From NCBI GenBank assembly GCA_004022145.1, contig RCNU01000012.1: a DNA stretch of 64,000 nucleotides; one strand, given 5' to 3'. The position numbers were made by a program, and so were the translations under genes. Numbering within the stretch: the stretch's first letter is position 1; each line of letters begins with the position of its first letter. This DNA comes from Paecilomyces variotii (lineage: Eukaryota). Shown here piece by piece: positions 51,632 through 63,274 of this stretch. The notes below the pieces were generated by a model. The model made no database searches. It worked only from the letters and a program-made list of their open reading frames with translations, and was not told the DNA's origin.

Positions 51632-52156
51632 CTGAGTATAATAAATCTGTCCGACGAAATCCCAACATCGAACATGCATGATCCGCTCAATACTATCGAC
51701 TTCTCTCTTAAACGACTCAACATAACTAGGCGCAAACCGTCGTGCATATCCTACGAATACTTTCTTCCCCATCCCATTCCCTGGTACTGTTTCCGTCTGT
51801 CTCTCCGCAGCCAGAATGCGCTGCGCACTCTGAATACTAAATGTAAGTGGCGTTTCCACGAAAACATGCTTTCCCGCCTGTAAGGTCGCGATGGAGTATG
51901 TTTCATGATATTCATCCGGGGTGAGGATGAAGATGAGATCGAGGTCTGGGTCGTGGATGAGCTCGTGTGGGATAGTGGTGGCTTTGGGGATCTTGTGATG
52001 CGTTTGGACGAAGTTGAGGGTTTGAGGGTCGATGTCGCAGATAGATGTTAGGGTGTATTGGTGGTTGAGGGATTGGAGGGTCGGGATGAAGGTGTTTTGG
52101 GCGAGGTTGCCAACCCCGATTATCCCGACGCGGAGAGGAGATTCTGGCATCCTCAT
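50960..52156 (-). CDS. Gfo/Idh/MocA-family NAD(P)-dependent oxidoreductase (inositol dehydrogenase-like), divergent
   Basis: Intronless. First ATG is at 52156 (or 52150); the ORF-track start at 52198 is GTG. LRVGIIGVGNLA Rossmann motif, AGKHVFVETP, VGYARRF, LGCHDLS. Confidence 0.8.
51593..51628. repeat. (TGC)12 coding microsatellite, poly-Ala12 in the oxidoreductase
   Basis: Twelve perfect TGC units, adjoining a GAA-rich tract that encodes poly-Ser. Confidence 0.95.
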
Positions 52157-54137
52157 CGTGGAGTGTGGTGGGGATTTAAATCTGAGTGGCTTTTGCACGG
52201 AGTATGTATGTGGTTGAGGCCGTTTTCGAGAGATTTTCCACGAGAGCGAATGCCAGTCTGGAGTAGGCTTTGGTATTTTAATAAGATCTAGGTAGTGATA
52301 CGAGTAGTAAAGATATCAGAAGTGATAAGTCAGTAAAAAGAATTATTAAATTCAAGAAGAGCATTCCGTAAAAAAGAATCCTGCATGGAATATTTTCGAT
52401 ATGACATATCAGCTGCGTCTACTCTCTATGTATGCTGCGCTGCCTGCCTACCACCCGCTCACACTCACCCAAGGTTCAGTGAAGGTCAATGACTCGGAGC
52501 CATGATACGTGACCAGGATGAAATAAGTAAAGTAGATGTTCCTTATAGATGCGATAATACAGGATTTACATGTTTTTGTTTAACAATGCCTTGCTTATTC
52601 TCTCTTACCATAGAGGGCCTTGGGACGGTAGAAAGCGACAGTGCTCCATATTACATGGCTGGGAGAAGATTGCATGCGGTGTATGAAAACGCGGGCGGAT
52701 GTACTGCACATATGGTACACATTGGAGAATGCGATACCAATAATGTAAGGGGTTGCGGAAACCGCACTGCTCAACGTGACATCAGTGGCTGGTAGAGATC
52801 TTTTTGTTGGGGTATGGTTGCTGGTGATGGAGTCTGTTAATATATTTCATCGATAGATGAAGCTAATTGATGTTGTTGGAGATGGTTTCAGTTCTCGTGG
52901 CACGTTATATGTGTAGGGAGCTCTGTTCATTGTGTATTGAGGATCTGCCATAGATACTCTTGAAGATTAGAGCTCTCTGTGTGGGGAATCCAATACTACG
53001 TAAAGGTAGAAGCTGAAGTATATTGTTACATTCATTCCGATAAGAAATGTCGATAAGGCGATAGAGGGGTAGTGCTTTTGGGGTCCTTGGGACATGATGT
53101 CGTCATCGAATCTATAATTAACACTTTGTGTGCCGCATATAGGTAGAAAGCTGGCAGAACAGCTTTTTTTTTGTATCGAAATGGAGTTTTAACCAGAGAG
53201 CTAATAGCCTGTTTATACCTAGTGATGAGGCTAACTAGGTAAGTAACAGCCCATGGATAAGACATCCTCTGCTTTATGGTATTGTAGATGGGAGCTAACC
53301 CATCTTGATGGGCGTTGCGAATTATCGTATTAAACCTATTCGAGTTGAGTGACCGAGTTAATTAACATACGAATTCATTTCCCGATATATGGAGGGAGAA
53401 ACTGAGAGCCCAACTTCCTTTTTGACAGAAAATAACTCCTTAGAGAGAAAGAAAACGATTCTGATCCTAGAGATTTCTTTCGATCCATGGTCGGTTGGAC
53501 CGGTGACGATGGTCATGTGGGGATGTCTTCGTTTTTAGGTCTAGCGAGAACGTGGCGGTGCGGATCCATCAGAGAAAAAAGTAGCCTGATCTTCGATTTC
53601 CATGGCTCATCGTCCGAAACTGACCCAATGAAGTATTAGGTTTCATCTCTCTGAAATGAGATTCCGTTTCTCTCTTTTTGGAACATCTCAAGACCGCATC
53701 CGCCGGCTTCAAAACATTTCCCAGAATAGGTAGATGCATCGCACTTGGAAATGCAGTTTGCCTGAAGCAATGTTAACATCACAAAGCTGTTGTTCAGCCG
53801 CACTCTCTTCCATTTGGCAGATCTCAATCATGTGTCGCTGTGACTCAGATGTGCTGGAAACGCAGCAGCTGCATCTGATGTTGCTTCTGAAATACATGAG
53901 TATCGTATAGGCGGATCTTAGGGAAACCCGTGGGGTCTAAGTATTGGCAGCCTAGGCTGATGGTCCCGCTTTCAATCGTCATCCTATCTCATCAGCCACA
54001 ATCTCTGTTTCTCGGTCTTGCTCTTTTTTTCTCTCAACACTTGTCCTTTGTAAGAAATATATACATTGTCACATCGCTTACCTTCTATATATATATCAAT
54101 TATTGCTATTGTTGGAAGTCAGTAAACCAAAGAGACC

Positions 54138-56639
54138 ATGGGTGTAAGCTCTCCTTCCCTTCCCTGCCCCGCGCCGATGCCCCGCGTCAACGCTTCCCTT
54201 GCGAGGCAAATTCCCCAGGCTGGCAAGGATGGATGTGCAATGAAGAATCGATAGGACTCACCCACTGACATAAACCATCAGTTTGCCTCGAAAATCGCAG
54301 CCAGTCAGGCAGCTGGAGCCTCCACAGGTGTTTATGGAGGGGCCCCTCCGTCTGGATACACGGGCGGCCCGCCTCCAGCCTCTCTGCAACCAGGCAATCC
54401 TGGAGGATATGTGAGTATCCCTTGCCTATTTCTGTTCTGCTATGTACAAGCAGTACTTGTTGCATGCGTTCTCACTACTGCGTATTGTTGGCATCCACGA
54501 CCAACTGTCATGAGTGAGATGAGATAGAACTGACTTGTTCGTGTTGCACAGCCCGGTCAACAGCAGCAGAGCCAGTATCAGGCATACCCGGGCTCATCTC
54601 AGTCCCCAGCCCAGCAGTACAGCCAAGGCCCACCCAGCAGTTCGGTAAGCAAACTCTCTCCTACTTAGCGCCTGCAAATATATTAGCAAACCTCGGGAGA
54701 CGCACGCAACACTCTATTACGTACCCCCTTTCATCCCATCTTGTATACTTTTTTTTTCTTCCGTTTCTCTTATTTCTTTCATCCGATCTCTTTTCATCTC
54801 AACCCGGATTTTTGGGTATATTGTGTGTGGTTTTGCGAGCATGAGTCGGCCGTATAATAGTCAGTCGCCATACCCTGGACAGGGCCATTCCGCCGCCCCT
54901 CCATATCCGGCATCATCTCCACACCAGCAATATCAGGCATACAATCCACCAGCAGCTTTGAGACCGGGAGCCTCACCATCGCCTTCTCCATATCAGCCTC
55001 CATCTTCTCAACAGCACCCACCGTATGGTTCATATCCAGCTTACAATCCACCTTCGCAGAGCTACTCTAGACCTCCACCCCCGCCGCCGCAACCATATGG
55101 ATCTCCGGCGCCGCAGCCATATGGACAGCAGCCTTACCAACCTTCGCAGCCCCAGTCTTCTTATGTATATTGGCACCACCCTCTGTTCATCTCTGCGCAG
55201 AAACAATTTTCTGGACTAACATCAAATTCAAATCTTCTAGGGGCAGCCACACAGTCCTTATCCACCCCAGGGGGCCGCCGCTGGTCCGGGGTATGGACCA
55301 GGTCCCCAGAGTGGGCCTCCTGGTGGCTCTCGACCTGCAACACAGCATGAGGTGTCAGCCTATAGACAGCTTTTAATAAGTACCATCCAAGAGAAGCAAC
55401 TTCAACCCATGTGGCCTCCGGAAAGACTTGAAGCTTTACTCCAGGGACTCGCGAAAGATGCGCCAGGGAAGATCGACTACCTTTCGAAAGCATGGAGAAT
55501 GTCCTCAGAGATTGCTATGGATTTCCTCAAACTGTCCCTATTCGATATAATCCTCTATATCGATGACAGTGGATCGATCATGTTCGAAGAAGAAGGGGCG
55601 CGATTCAAAGACCTTAAGGAGATACTGTCACTTGTTGCTACCGCCGCATCTCTGTTCGACCAAGACGGAATTACCGCACGTTTCATGAACTCGACGGTGC
55701 AGGGAAACAATATCAATAGCAAGGAAGCTGCAGAAGCACTTATCACCCAAGTGCGCTTCCAGGGATTAACGCCAATGGGGACCAGTCTGAGACATAAAGT
55801 TCTGGAACCGCTGGTAATTGGCCCTGCCAGGAATGGGCAGCTGAAGAAACCGGTCCTTGTTATCACCATTACAGACGGCCATCCCGCTGGTGAACCCACT
55901 AAAACAGTGGTAGACGTTATTAGCCACACGGTCGATGAAGTCTCGAGGACACGATATGGCCATGGAGCAGTCTCCTTTGAGTTTGCCCAGGTCGGTTCTG
56001 ACCTGAAAGCGCGCGATTTTCTGAGCAAGCTCGACGAGGACCCTAGCATTGGTGGTCTAATTGACTGCACATCGAGTGAGTTTCAAAATCTTTGGGTCAC
56101 CGCTGTAGCATACTGATACGGTGTAGCTCTTGAGGTCGAGCAAGACGAGATGTCCCGAGCCAATCCTCCAGTCGAGCTTACCAGAGAATTATGGGTAAGA
56201 TAATACCGGCGACCTTCCCGTTTCCAGAGGCTATGTTCAGTTGCTCACATGTTTGTAGTGCGCCAAATTGATGCTGGGAGCGATTGATTCCTCGTACGAC
56301 ACCAAGGACGAGAAAAGGGCTGGCACCGGAGGTGCCCCTCCTCCCCCGGCTGGCCAATATGGCGGTTATAACCAGGCGGCATATGGCCAAAACCAGGCCT
56401 ATCCACCCCAGGGCTACGGGCAACAGCCGTATGGACAGCCAGCCTACGGACAAGGACAACCACCACCCTCTGGACAGGGTGCATATGGTCAACCCCAGAC
56501 TGCCCCGAGAGGATACGGTCAACCGTACGGCGGATATGCCTCTCCGCCCGCAGGACAAGGCCAGTATGGACACCCTCCGCCCTATCCGCCACAGCAGGGA
56601 GGATACGGGCAAGCACCACCTCCCCCGCCAAGATACTAA
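54138..56639 (+). CDS. rfeF: RfeF-like VWA-domain protein with P/Q/Y/G-rich termini
   Basis: Exons 54138-54143 (ATG GGT), 54282-54410, 54552-54644, 54865-55164, 55241-56075, 56127-56194, 56259-56639. [10 protein letters not shown] start, MIDAS-type [43 protein letters not shown]. Exon 4 usage is uncertain. Confidence 0.8.
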
Positions 56640-58234
56640 GGCGATGCTGTACAAATTACTGTACTCCTATCCTTTCCGCCTTGAATAGGGTACCTGCCTC
56701 TGAGTGCTCCTTCTTCGTCAGCGAGGATTGGATTAATCAGTGACCTTTGGAAAAAGAGATAGAGGGTGGACCCACTGGTCCACCTTGTCATACGTCAATG
56801 TCAATGCATGTCTTTAATATGTACAGAAATGCGCGAGGTGGATAATCTCGCGGCCCTACGGAGTCTCGTCCGTAAGGATTATTGTTTTGCGTTCCGAACA
56901 TTTTTGATAATAATAGTATTCTTGAGCAACCATGGTTTGAGTAATCGCTGAACAGTTGGATATGGTATCGGCGTAATTTGCTCGTGGTTTCACCGTGTTC
57001 TGAGACCGCGGGGGAAAACCGCCAAAACGTCGGGTGGCGGAGAATGCTTGGAAGTCAACCACGGACGCCCGACAGGGGACGCGACAAGTGGGCCAGGGGA
57101 GCAGCACGATAGGTAAGTGAGTCAACCCGGTCCAGGGTCTTAGACATCGTGGCGACCGTGTGCCCGCAGAGGTTCTGCTACGATAGGGCAGGAATAAGTT
57201 AACTCGTTAGTGGATGGCAAACACCACAAGGCACCAACGTTAAACACTCGGACGGTTCAGACGCCAAACTCGGGGGGCTGTGCACCGTTGTCCACTGTAC
57301 TCGTAACTCCCCCAGACTCAGAGAGCGGTCGAGCCTCTCAGGCGTTGGGGGTGACAGACCGGCCTCTATACGGTTCCACCAGGCGAAAACGATGGTGTCC
57401 TGATATCGTATGGATGATACCTAATAATGGCAGGCTGGGAGAAGAAAAGAAGCGACGCGCAAGTGCTGCTGCCATGGTCGATCTTTCTCCGCACTGACCC
57501 CGTCTACTCTAGACCTTTCCCCAACCCTGTTTCTGGCCGCAAACGCAGAGATAGCAGCTGGCTGCATTCCAATTAGCCATCTGCCCTGCAACCGGGTAAT
57601 TAACTCTGCTGCGAACTCCCATGAGGCCTATTCCGTCTCTTATTCAACTAACGCTATCTATCTTTTTTTTTTTTTTTCTTTGCCCACTTCCCCCACTTCC
57701 ACGGCAACGCAACTGCTAGTTATTCTTCGTTGTCTACTCCGTACTTGAACTGCCCTGGCGACGAACTACCATCGCACGTCTTGGGACTACCGTTGGGGAT
57801 AGACCTCTTTCTCTCCTTCTCATCATTCCTTTTATTGCTTCTACAGCAGGTGAACAGGACAGCACAGAGGCTACTACCGTCGTTTTAACGTGGCCTGGCA
57901 TTGCGTCATTCGTTTTCGCGATCGACCTTCCCTCCCGGCGACGATCCACCAAAGCTTCAGACCGCTCAACGACTTCTAGAAAACAGGTCCACAGCCCAAT
58001 GTGGACGGCCTGAACCGTGAACATTGGATCTTCCCTTGAAACGATGCATGCAGGTACCCTCGGTCTTGCGTCTCTCCTTGCGATAAACCGTGGATCAGCT
58101 TCAATTGGAACCCCTGCCGGCCAAGAACACACAACAATCTTCGAGGAATCAATACGGGGATAAGCTACTGGAGGGCTACAGGAAACCGCAAGCCACGAGA
58201 AGGCGAGAGGTGACCGGATATTCATCTCGTCGAG

Positions 58235-61200
58235 ATGCTGGAGAAGGACGATGAACTCGGCCAGGGAGCAGATCAGCCTACGCAGGAGCTACCAGCGCTG
58301 GGAGCTGGTGCGCCGGGCGAGGCCAGTGACGGAAGGAGATCTATACAGGAAGTAAGAGCTGGAGCTGGCTCGCCGCTGCGGAACACCTCGCAGACGCGAG
58401 GTCGTGCTGTCGAGAGTCTGGATAGACGAAGGACGTCCTTCTCTCCAGGGACTCGTTCGGACCCGGCTCAGAGATCATCGCAGCAACACCATGTCCGCTT
58501 TTCGACTGATCTTGAGCGCCCTCTGCCCAGCACCGAGCAGGAGCCTCAGGTCGTGGACAGGCGACCAAGCTCGCGAGGGTTGACTCTGGATACCAACCTG
58601 GCAAGGTCAGCCCCGCAGCCCATCGCTAGATCGCCAGAGAAGGGCTCAACGTCCCCTTTGTCTCCCAATGGGATGCTATCCCCTCTGTCGCCTCAGAGTC
58701 CGGATGGGGGTCGATCCAGATCTCGAAATCGTGGCTATTCCCTGCGACGGACTATCTTTGCCAAAAATATACAACCCCAGCCAGAAGGGGACGGGTCAGT
58801 CATCGAGCTGGGGCAAGCCCAACCGTCGTGGGCTTCCACTGCAGATGCAACTACGGAGAAGAACCGTGTATCGTCTGACGGGAAAGGAACGAAGGAGGAA
58901 GCTCCTGGCACTCCCGTAGTGACGGTGCAGTCCTTTTCGCAGGACGACGGCTCGACATTCTTCTCAGATTCATCCGAGCAACTCAAGGATGGACCAGCCT
59001 TCTCGACGTCAAAAGCTTACGATCGATGGTTGCGGAGAAAAGGGACTCATGCTCTAGTGCGATCACGATTGCAGAGTTTTGCGGAATCTGTCCGCAAGAA
59101 TGTCCTGAGGATACGAGATATCCCGCCTAGCAAAGATGGCCGCCACATCGATCTCGACCCTACGCGGACTGACTCGCTGATCGATGAGAGAACGGGCAAG
59201 CAATACGTCGGTAACTCTATTCGCTCCAGTCGGTACACGCTCTGGAGCTTCTTCCCCCGCCAGCTGGTAGCGCAATTCTCTAAGCTTGCCAACTTCTACT
59301 TTCTGCTTGTCGCAATCCTGCAGATGATACCAGGATTGAGTACAACTGGTACCTACACAACTATCATTCCTCTGATGATCTTCGTTTCGATTTCGATGGG
59401 CAAAGAGGGGTTTGATGATCTGCGGCGTTATCGTCTCGATAAAGAAGAAAACGATCGACTTGCTCACGTCTTGCGCCCTGGCCAGGAGCGCACACAGGCT
59501 TCAAGTCTGCCATCTAGTGACTGCGAATCAGCGTTGAGCGCTCTTGAAAATTGGGGCCTTGTAAAGTGGCGCAACATAAAGGTCGGCGATGTGGTCAAGA
59601 TCGAGCGGGACGAGCCCGTTCCTGCCGATGTGGTCCTGTTGCATGCGGATGGACCCAACGGTATCGCGTATATCGAGACCATGGCCTTGGATGGTGAAAC
59701 AAATCTGAAGAGCAAACAGCCATGCCCGCCAGTGGCGAAGACGTGTGCCACGGTCGAGGATATAATGAACAGTCCTTTACACTTCGTTGTGGAAGATCCT
59801 AATCTCGACCTGTACAAATTTGACGGCAATGTCACCGTTGGAGACGAGAAACTTCCCTTGACCAACAACGAAATCGCCTATCGCGGGAGCATTTTGCGGA
59901 ATACCGAACGAGCTATCGGTATGGTCATCTACACGGGCGAGGAGTGCAAGATTCGGATGAATGCAAACAAGAACCCGCGCATCAAGTCACCTGCACTTCA
60001 GGCCAAAGTGAATCGCGTTGTGATGGTCATCGTCGCCGTGGTCCTAGCCTTGGCTTCTATATGTACGATTGCATACAAATTTTGGTCGCAAGACGTGGAG
60101 GACAGGTCCTGGTATCTCGACAAGGCTAATGTTGAGTACGGCCCGATCTGGACATCCTTCCTGATCATGTTTAACACCATGATCCCTATCTCCCTCTACG
60201 TCAGTCTGGAAATTGTCAAAGTTGCCCAGATGTTCTTGATGAATGACATCGATATGTACGACGAAGAGTCAGACACGCCCATGGAGGCCCGGACATCAAC
60301 AATCAATGAGGAATTGGGCCAAGTCAGCTATATCTTCTCTGACAAGACGGGCACTTTGACGAACAATACGATGCGTTTCCGGAAGATGAGTGTCGCCGGT
60401 ACCGCCTGGTTGCATGACTCCGATCTGCGAGAAGAGGCTGCTCGAGAGGGCGACCGTGCTAAGCTCATACATAAAAAGCGCAGCATCAAGGGCAAGAAGG
60501 CCATGGGTCGGAAGTCCAATGCGGGCTCCATGAGGAAATCAAATGTCTCTGCGATCAATAATGAGCTTGATACCCCGACACAGACAAGATTTGCCGGCCG
60601 TGAAAAGCAATACCGAGGAGGCCGTACGGGCGATATGCTGGAATATATCCATCGCAAGCCATATACTCTGTTTGCTCGTCAAGTCAAGATGTTCCTCCTG
60701 TCCATGGCGTTGTGTCATACTTGCTTGCCGGAATCCGATGAAGACGGTGAGATAGCATTCCAAGCCGCTTCGCCCGATGAACTGGCACTTGTCACAGCTG
60801 CCAGGGAATTGGGATATGCTGTGATTGACAGGAACCCCAATGCGATCACTATTCGGACGTACCCGTCTGGGCGGGAAGAGAGCCCTGTTGACGAGACTTA
60901 TGAAATTCTGGATGTTATCGAATTCTCCAGTGCCCGAAAACGAATGTCGGTTGTCGTTCGCATGCCTAACCAGCGTATCTGTGTCTTCTGCAAAGGTGCG
61001 GACTCCGTTCTCATGAAGTTGCTCAAGCGAGCTACACTCGCAGAAGAGAAAGCAGTCGAAATCGATAGGCGCGCCAGTAAAAGGAAGACGGAGGAAGCGA
61101 TCGAAGTAATGAGACGGACCAGTGAGCACCGCAGCCGAACTAGCACGAGCCGCCCAAGCTTCAGTGGGAGAAGATCTAGTGTATCAGGGAGACACATGGC

Positions 61201-63274
61201 CTTGAGGGATAGTATCGATGTCTGGCTCAAGGACAGGGAGACCGACGGTGGTATCCTAACAAGAGACAGCGGCTCCGAGTTCTACAGTTCGCGCCCATCT
61301 GCCCAGTGGGGTCGACCGTCCGCGGCTTTGTCTGATTCTGGAAGCTCTCTGCAGGAGGATGAGAATGAAGAGCTGGTCGAGGAAGCTCTCGTCGTAAACG
61401 AGAACGCGGTGTTCGAGAGATGCTTCCAGCACCTGAACGACTTTGCAACCGAAGGTTTACGGACGCTCCTCTACGGCTATCGCTTCCTTGACGAAACAAC
61501 CTATAATGACTGGAAGAAGGCGTACCAAGAGGCTACCACCAGCATAATTGATCGTCAAGAGAAGATCGAGAAGGTGGGCCAGCAGATCGAGCAGCAACTT
61601 GAACTGGTTGGCGCAACTGCGATCGAAGACAAGCTCCAAAAGGGCGTTCCCGAAGCAATCGACAAGCTGAGACGGGCAAACATCAAATTGTGGATGCTAA
61701 CAGGAGACAAAAGAGAGACTGCCATCAATGTTGGCCATTCCTGTCGCCTTATCAAGGACTATTCGACTGTCGTTATCCTCGATCACGAGACAGGAGAGAT
61801 TGAACGAACTATGGTGTCAATGACATCAAACATTCAGAGGGGAACAGTCGCCCATTCCGTGGTTGTTGTCGATGGACAGACGCTCTCTATAATCGAATCG
61901 GATGAATTTCTAATGGCCAGATTCTTAAGACTTGCGGTGCTCGCTGATTCAGTTATCTGCTGCCGTGCCAGTCCCAAGCAGAAGGCACTGCTGGTGAAAT
62001 CCATCCGCAAGCAGGTTAACGATTCTATTACTCTCGCCATTGGTGACGGTGCAAATGATATCGCGATGATCCAAGAAGCCCATGTCGGTATAGGTATAAC
62101 TGGAAAAGAGGGTCTCCAAGCGGCCAGGATATCCGACTACTCGATCGCTCAGTTCAGATTTCTTCTGAAGTTACTTCTTGTGCACGGCCGTTGGAACTAT
62201 GTCCGCGTTTGCAAGTACACACTGGGTACATTCTGGAAAGAGACACTGTTCTACCTGACCCAAGCTCTCTATCAGCACTGGAACGGGTACACGGGAACCA
62301 GTTTGTACGAGCCGTGGAGTTTGAGTATGTTCAACACTCTCTTTACATCTCTGCCCGTCATTTTCCTGGGTATATTCGAAAAAGACCTTGCCGCGTCCAC
62401 ACTTCTCGCTGTACCTGAGCTCTATACGAAGGGGCAGCGCCATGCTGGCTTCAACATCAGACTCTATCTCGGATGGGCTTTCATGGCCACATGTGAAGCG
62501 GTTGTCATATTCTTCACGATGTGGGGTCTTTTTGGCGAGGCTATCATGAATATTGACGCTGGAATCTTCCCCATGGGTCTCCTCTGTTTCACCGCGTGTG
62601 TAACTGTCATCAATATGAAGTTGCAGTTCTTGGAGATCCACTACAAGTCAGTATTATGTGTTGTCGTCATGATCATATCTGTCGGGGGCTGGTTCTTGTG
62701 GAACATCATTCTCTCACGGCAATACAACAACATCTCCGGCAAAGGCGTGTACGACGTCCGTGACAATTTCCTGACCAGGACGGGCCAAAACTTGCCTTTC
62801 TGGGTTGTACTCTTGCTCGCGGTTTCAGCAGTCCTCTTGCTTGAGTTCGCTGTCAGCGCAATTCGTGCTCTTCTCTTCCCCACCGACGTGGACATTTTCC
62901 AGGAATTCGAGCAGGATCGCGAGATCCGCAAGCGCTTTGAAGAAGCAGCGGCAATGGAGTTGCAACAGGGTTGGGACAGAGGAAGTAAGAAATCTAGTTT
63001 TGAACTCGCCAGGGAGACCGAGGAGATGGAGGCTCGTGAGAAGCAAGTTCAAGAGCTCCTTGAGCGTCCCAGGGTTATGACAAAGACGGAATCTGGCCGA
63101 GAACAGGAAGTTGTAGACGTCGAGCTGGGAGCATATGATAATGGAGTCAGTGACTCCAGCGGAGAGGGTGAACATGATAGCTCCGGCGGTGCCGGGCCTC
63201 GTCGTTCTCTCGAAATTCACGAGTTGTTCAGCAAAGGGTTCGGTTCCATCAGGAAAGGTCATGATTTGCGATGA
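58235..63274 (+). CDS. DNF3: P4-type ATPase phospholipid flippase, Dnf3/DnfC clade
   Basis: Intronless 1679 aa. DGETNLK, PISLYVSLE, FSDKTGTLT phosphorylation site, SPDELALV, EFSSARKRMSV, TGDKRETA, GDGANDIAMI. Long disordered N-terminus and large N-domain inserts as in Dnf3. Confidence 0.93.
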   Translation: MLEKDDELGQGADQPTQELPALGAGAPGEASDGRRSIQEVRAGAGSPLRNTSQTRGRAVESLDRRRTSFSPGTRSDPAQRSSQQHHVRFSTDLERPLPSTEQEPQVVDRRPSSRGLTLDTNLARSAPQPIARSPEKGSTSPLSPNGMLSPLSPQSPDGGRSRSRNRGYSLRRTIFAKNIQPQPEGDGSVIELGQAQPSWASTADATTEKNRVSSDGKGTKEEAPGTPVVTVQSFSQDDGSTFFSDSSEQLKDGPAFSTSKAYDRWLRRKGTHALVRSRLQSFAESVRKNVLRIRDIPPSKDGRHIDLDPTRTDSLIDERTGKQYVGNSIRSSRYTLWSFFPRQLVAQFSKLANFYFLLVAILQMIPGLSTTGTYTTIIPLMIFVSISMGKEGFDDLRRYRLDKEENDRLAHVLRPGQERTQASSLPSSDCESALSALENWGLVKWRNIKVGDVVKIERDEPVPADVVLLHADGPNGIAYIETMALDGETNLKSKQPCPPVAKTCATVEDIMNSPLHFVVEDPNLDLYKFDGNVTVGDEKLPLTNNEIAYRGSILRNTERAIGMVIYTGEECKIRMNANKNPRIKSPALQAKVNRVVMVIVAVVLALASICTIAYKFWSQDVEDRSWYLDKANVEYGPIWTSFLIMFNTMIPISLYVSLEIVKVAQMFLMNDIDMYDEESDTPMEARTSTINEELGQVSYIFSDKTGTLTNNTMRFRKMSVAGTAWLHDSDLREEAAREGDRAKLIHKKRSIKGKKAMGRKSNAGSMRKSNVSAINNELDTPTQTRFAGREKQYRGGRTGDMLEYIHRKPYTLFARQVKMFLLSMALCHTCLPESDEDGEIAFQAASPDELALVTAARELGYAVIDRNPNAITIRTYPSGREESPVDETYEILDVIEFSSARKRMSVVVRMPNQRICVFCKGADSVLMKLLKRATLAEEKAVEIDRRASKRKTEEAIEVMRRTSEHRSRTSTSRPSFSGRRSSVSGRHMALRDSIDVWLKDRETDGGILTRDSGSEFYSSRPSAQWGRPSAALSDSGSSLQEDENEELVEEALVVNENAVFERCFQHLNDFATEGLRTLLYGYRFLDETTYNDWKKAYQEATTSIIDRQEKIEKVGQQIEQQLELVGATAIEDKLQKGVPEAIDKLRRANIKLWMLTGDKRETAINVGHSCRLIKDYSTVVILDHETGEIERTMVSMTSNIQRGTVAHSVVVVDGQTLSIIESDEFLMARFLRLAVLADSVICCRASPKQKALLVKSIRKQVNDSITLAIGDGANDIAMIQEAHVGIGITGKEGLQAARISDYSIAQFRFLLKLLLVHGRWNYVRVCKYTLGTFWKETLFYLTQALYQHWNGYTGTSLYEPWSLSMFNTLFTSLPVIFLGIFEKDLAASTLLAVPELYTKGQRHAGFNIRLYLGWAFMATCEAVVIFFTMWGLFGEAIMNIDAGIFPMGLLCFTACVTVINMKLQFLEIHYKSVLCVVVMIISVGGWFLWNIILSRQYNNISGKGVYDVRDNFLTRTGQNLPFWVVLLLAVSAVLLLEFAVSAIRALLFPTDVDIFQEFEQDREIRKRFEEAAAMELQQGWDRGSKKSSFELARETEEMEAREKQVQELLERPRVMTKTESGREQEVVDVELGAYDNGVSDSSGEGEHDSSGGAGPRRSLEIHELFSKGFGSIRKGHDLR

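Noticed and set aside
54411..54551. Nested hairpins in RfeF-like intron 2 as a possible H/ACA RNA
   Set aside because: Stems are only 5-6 bp and H/ACA boxes are not correctly placed.
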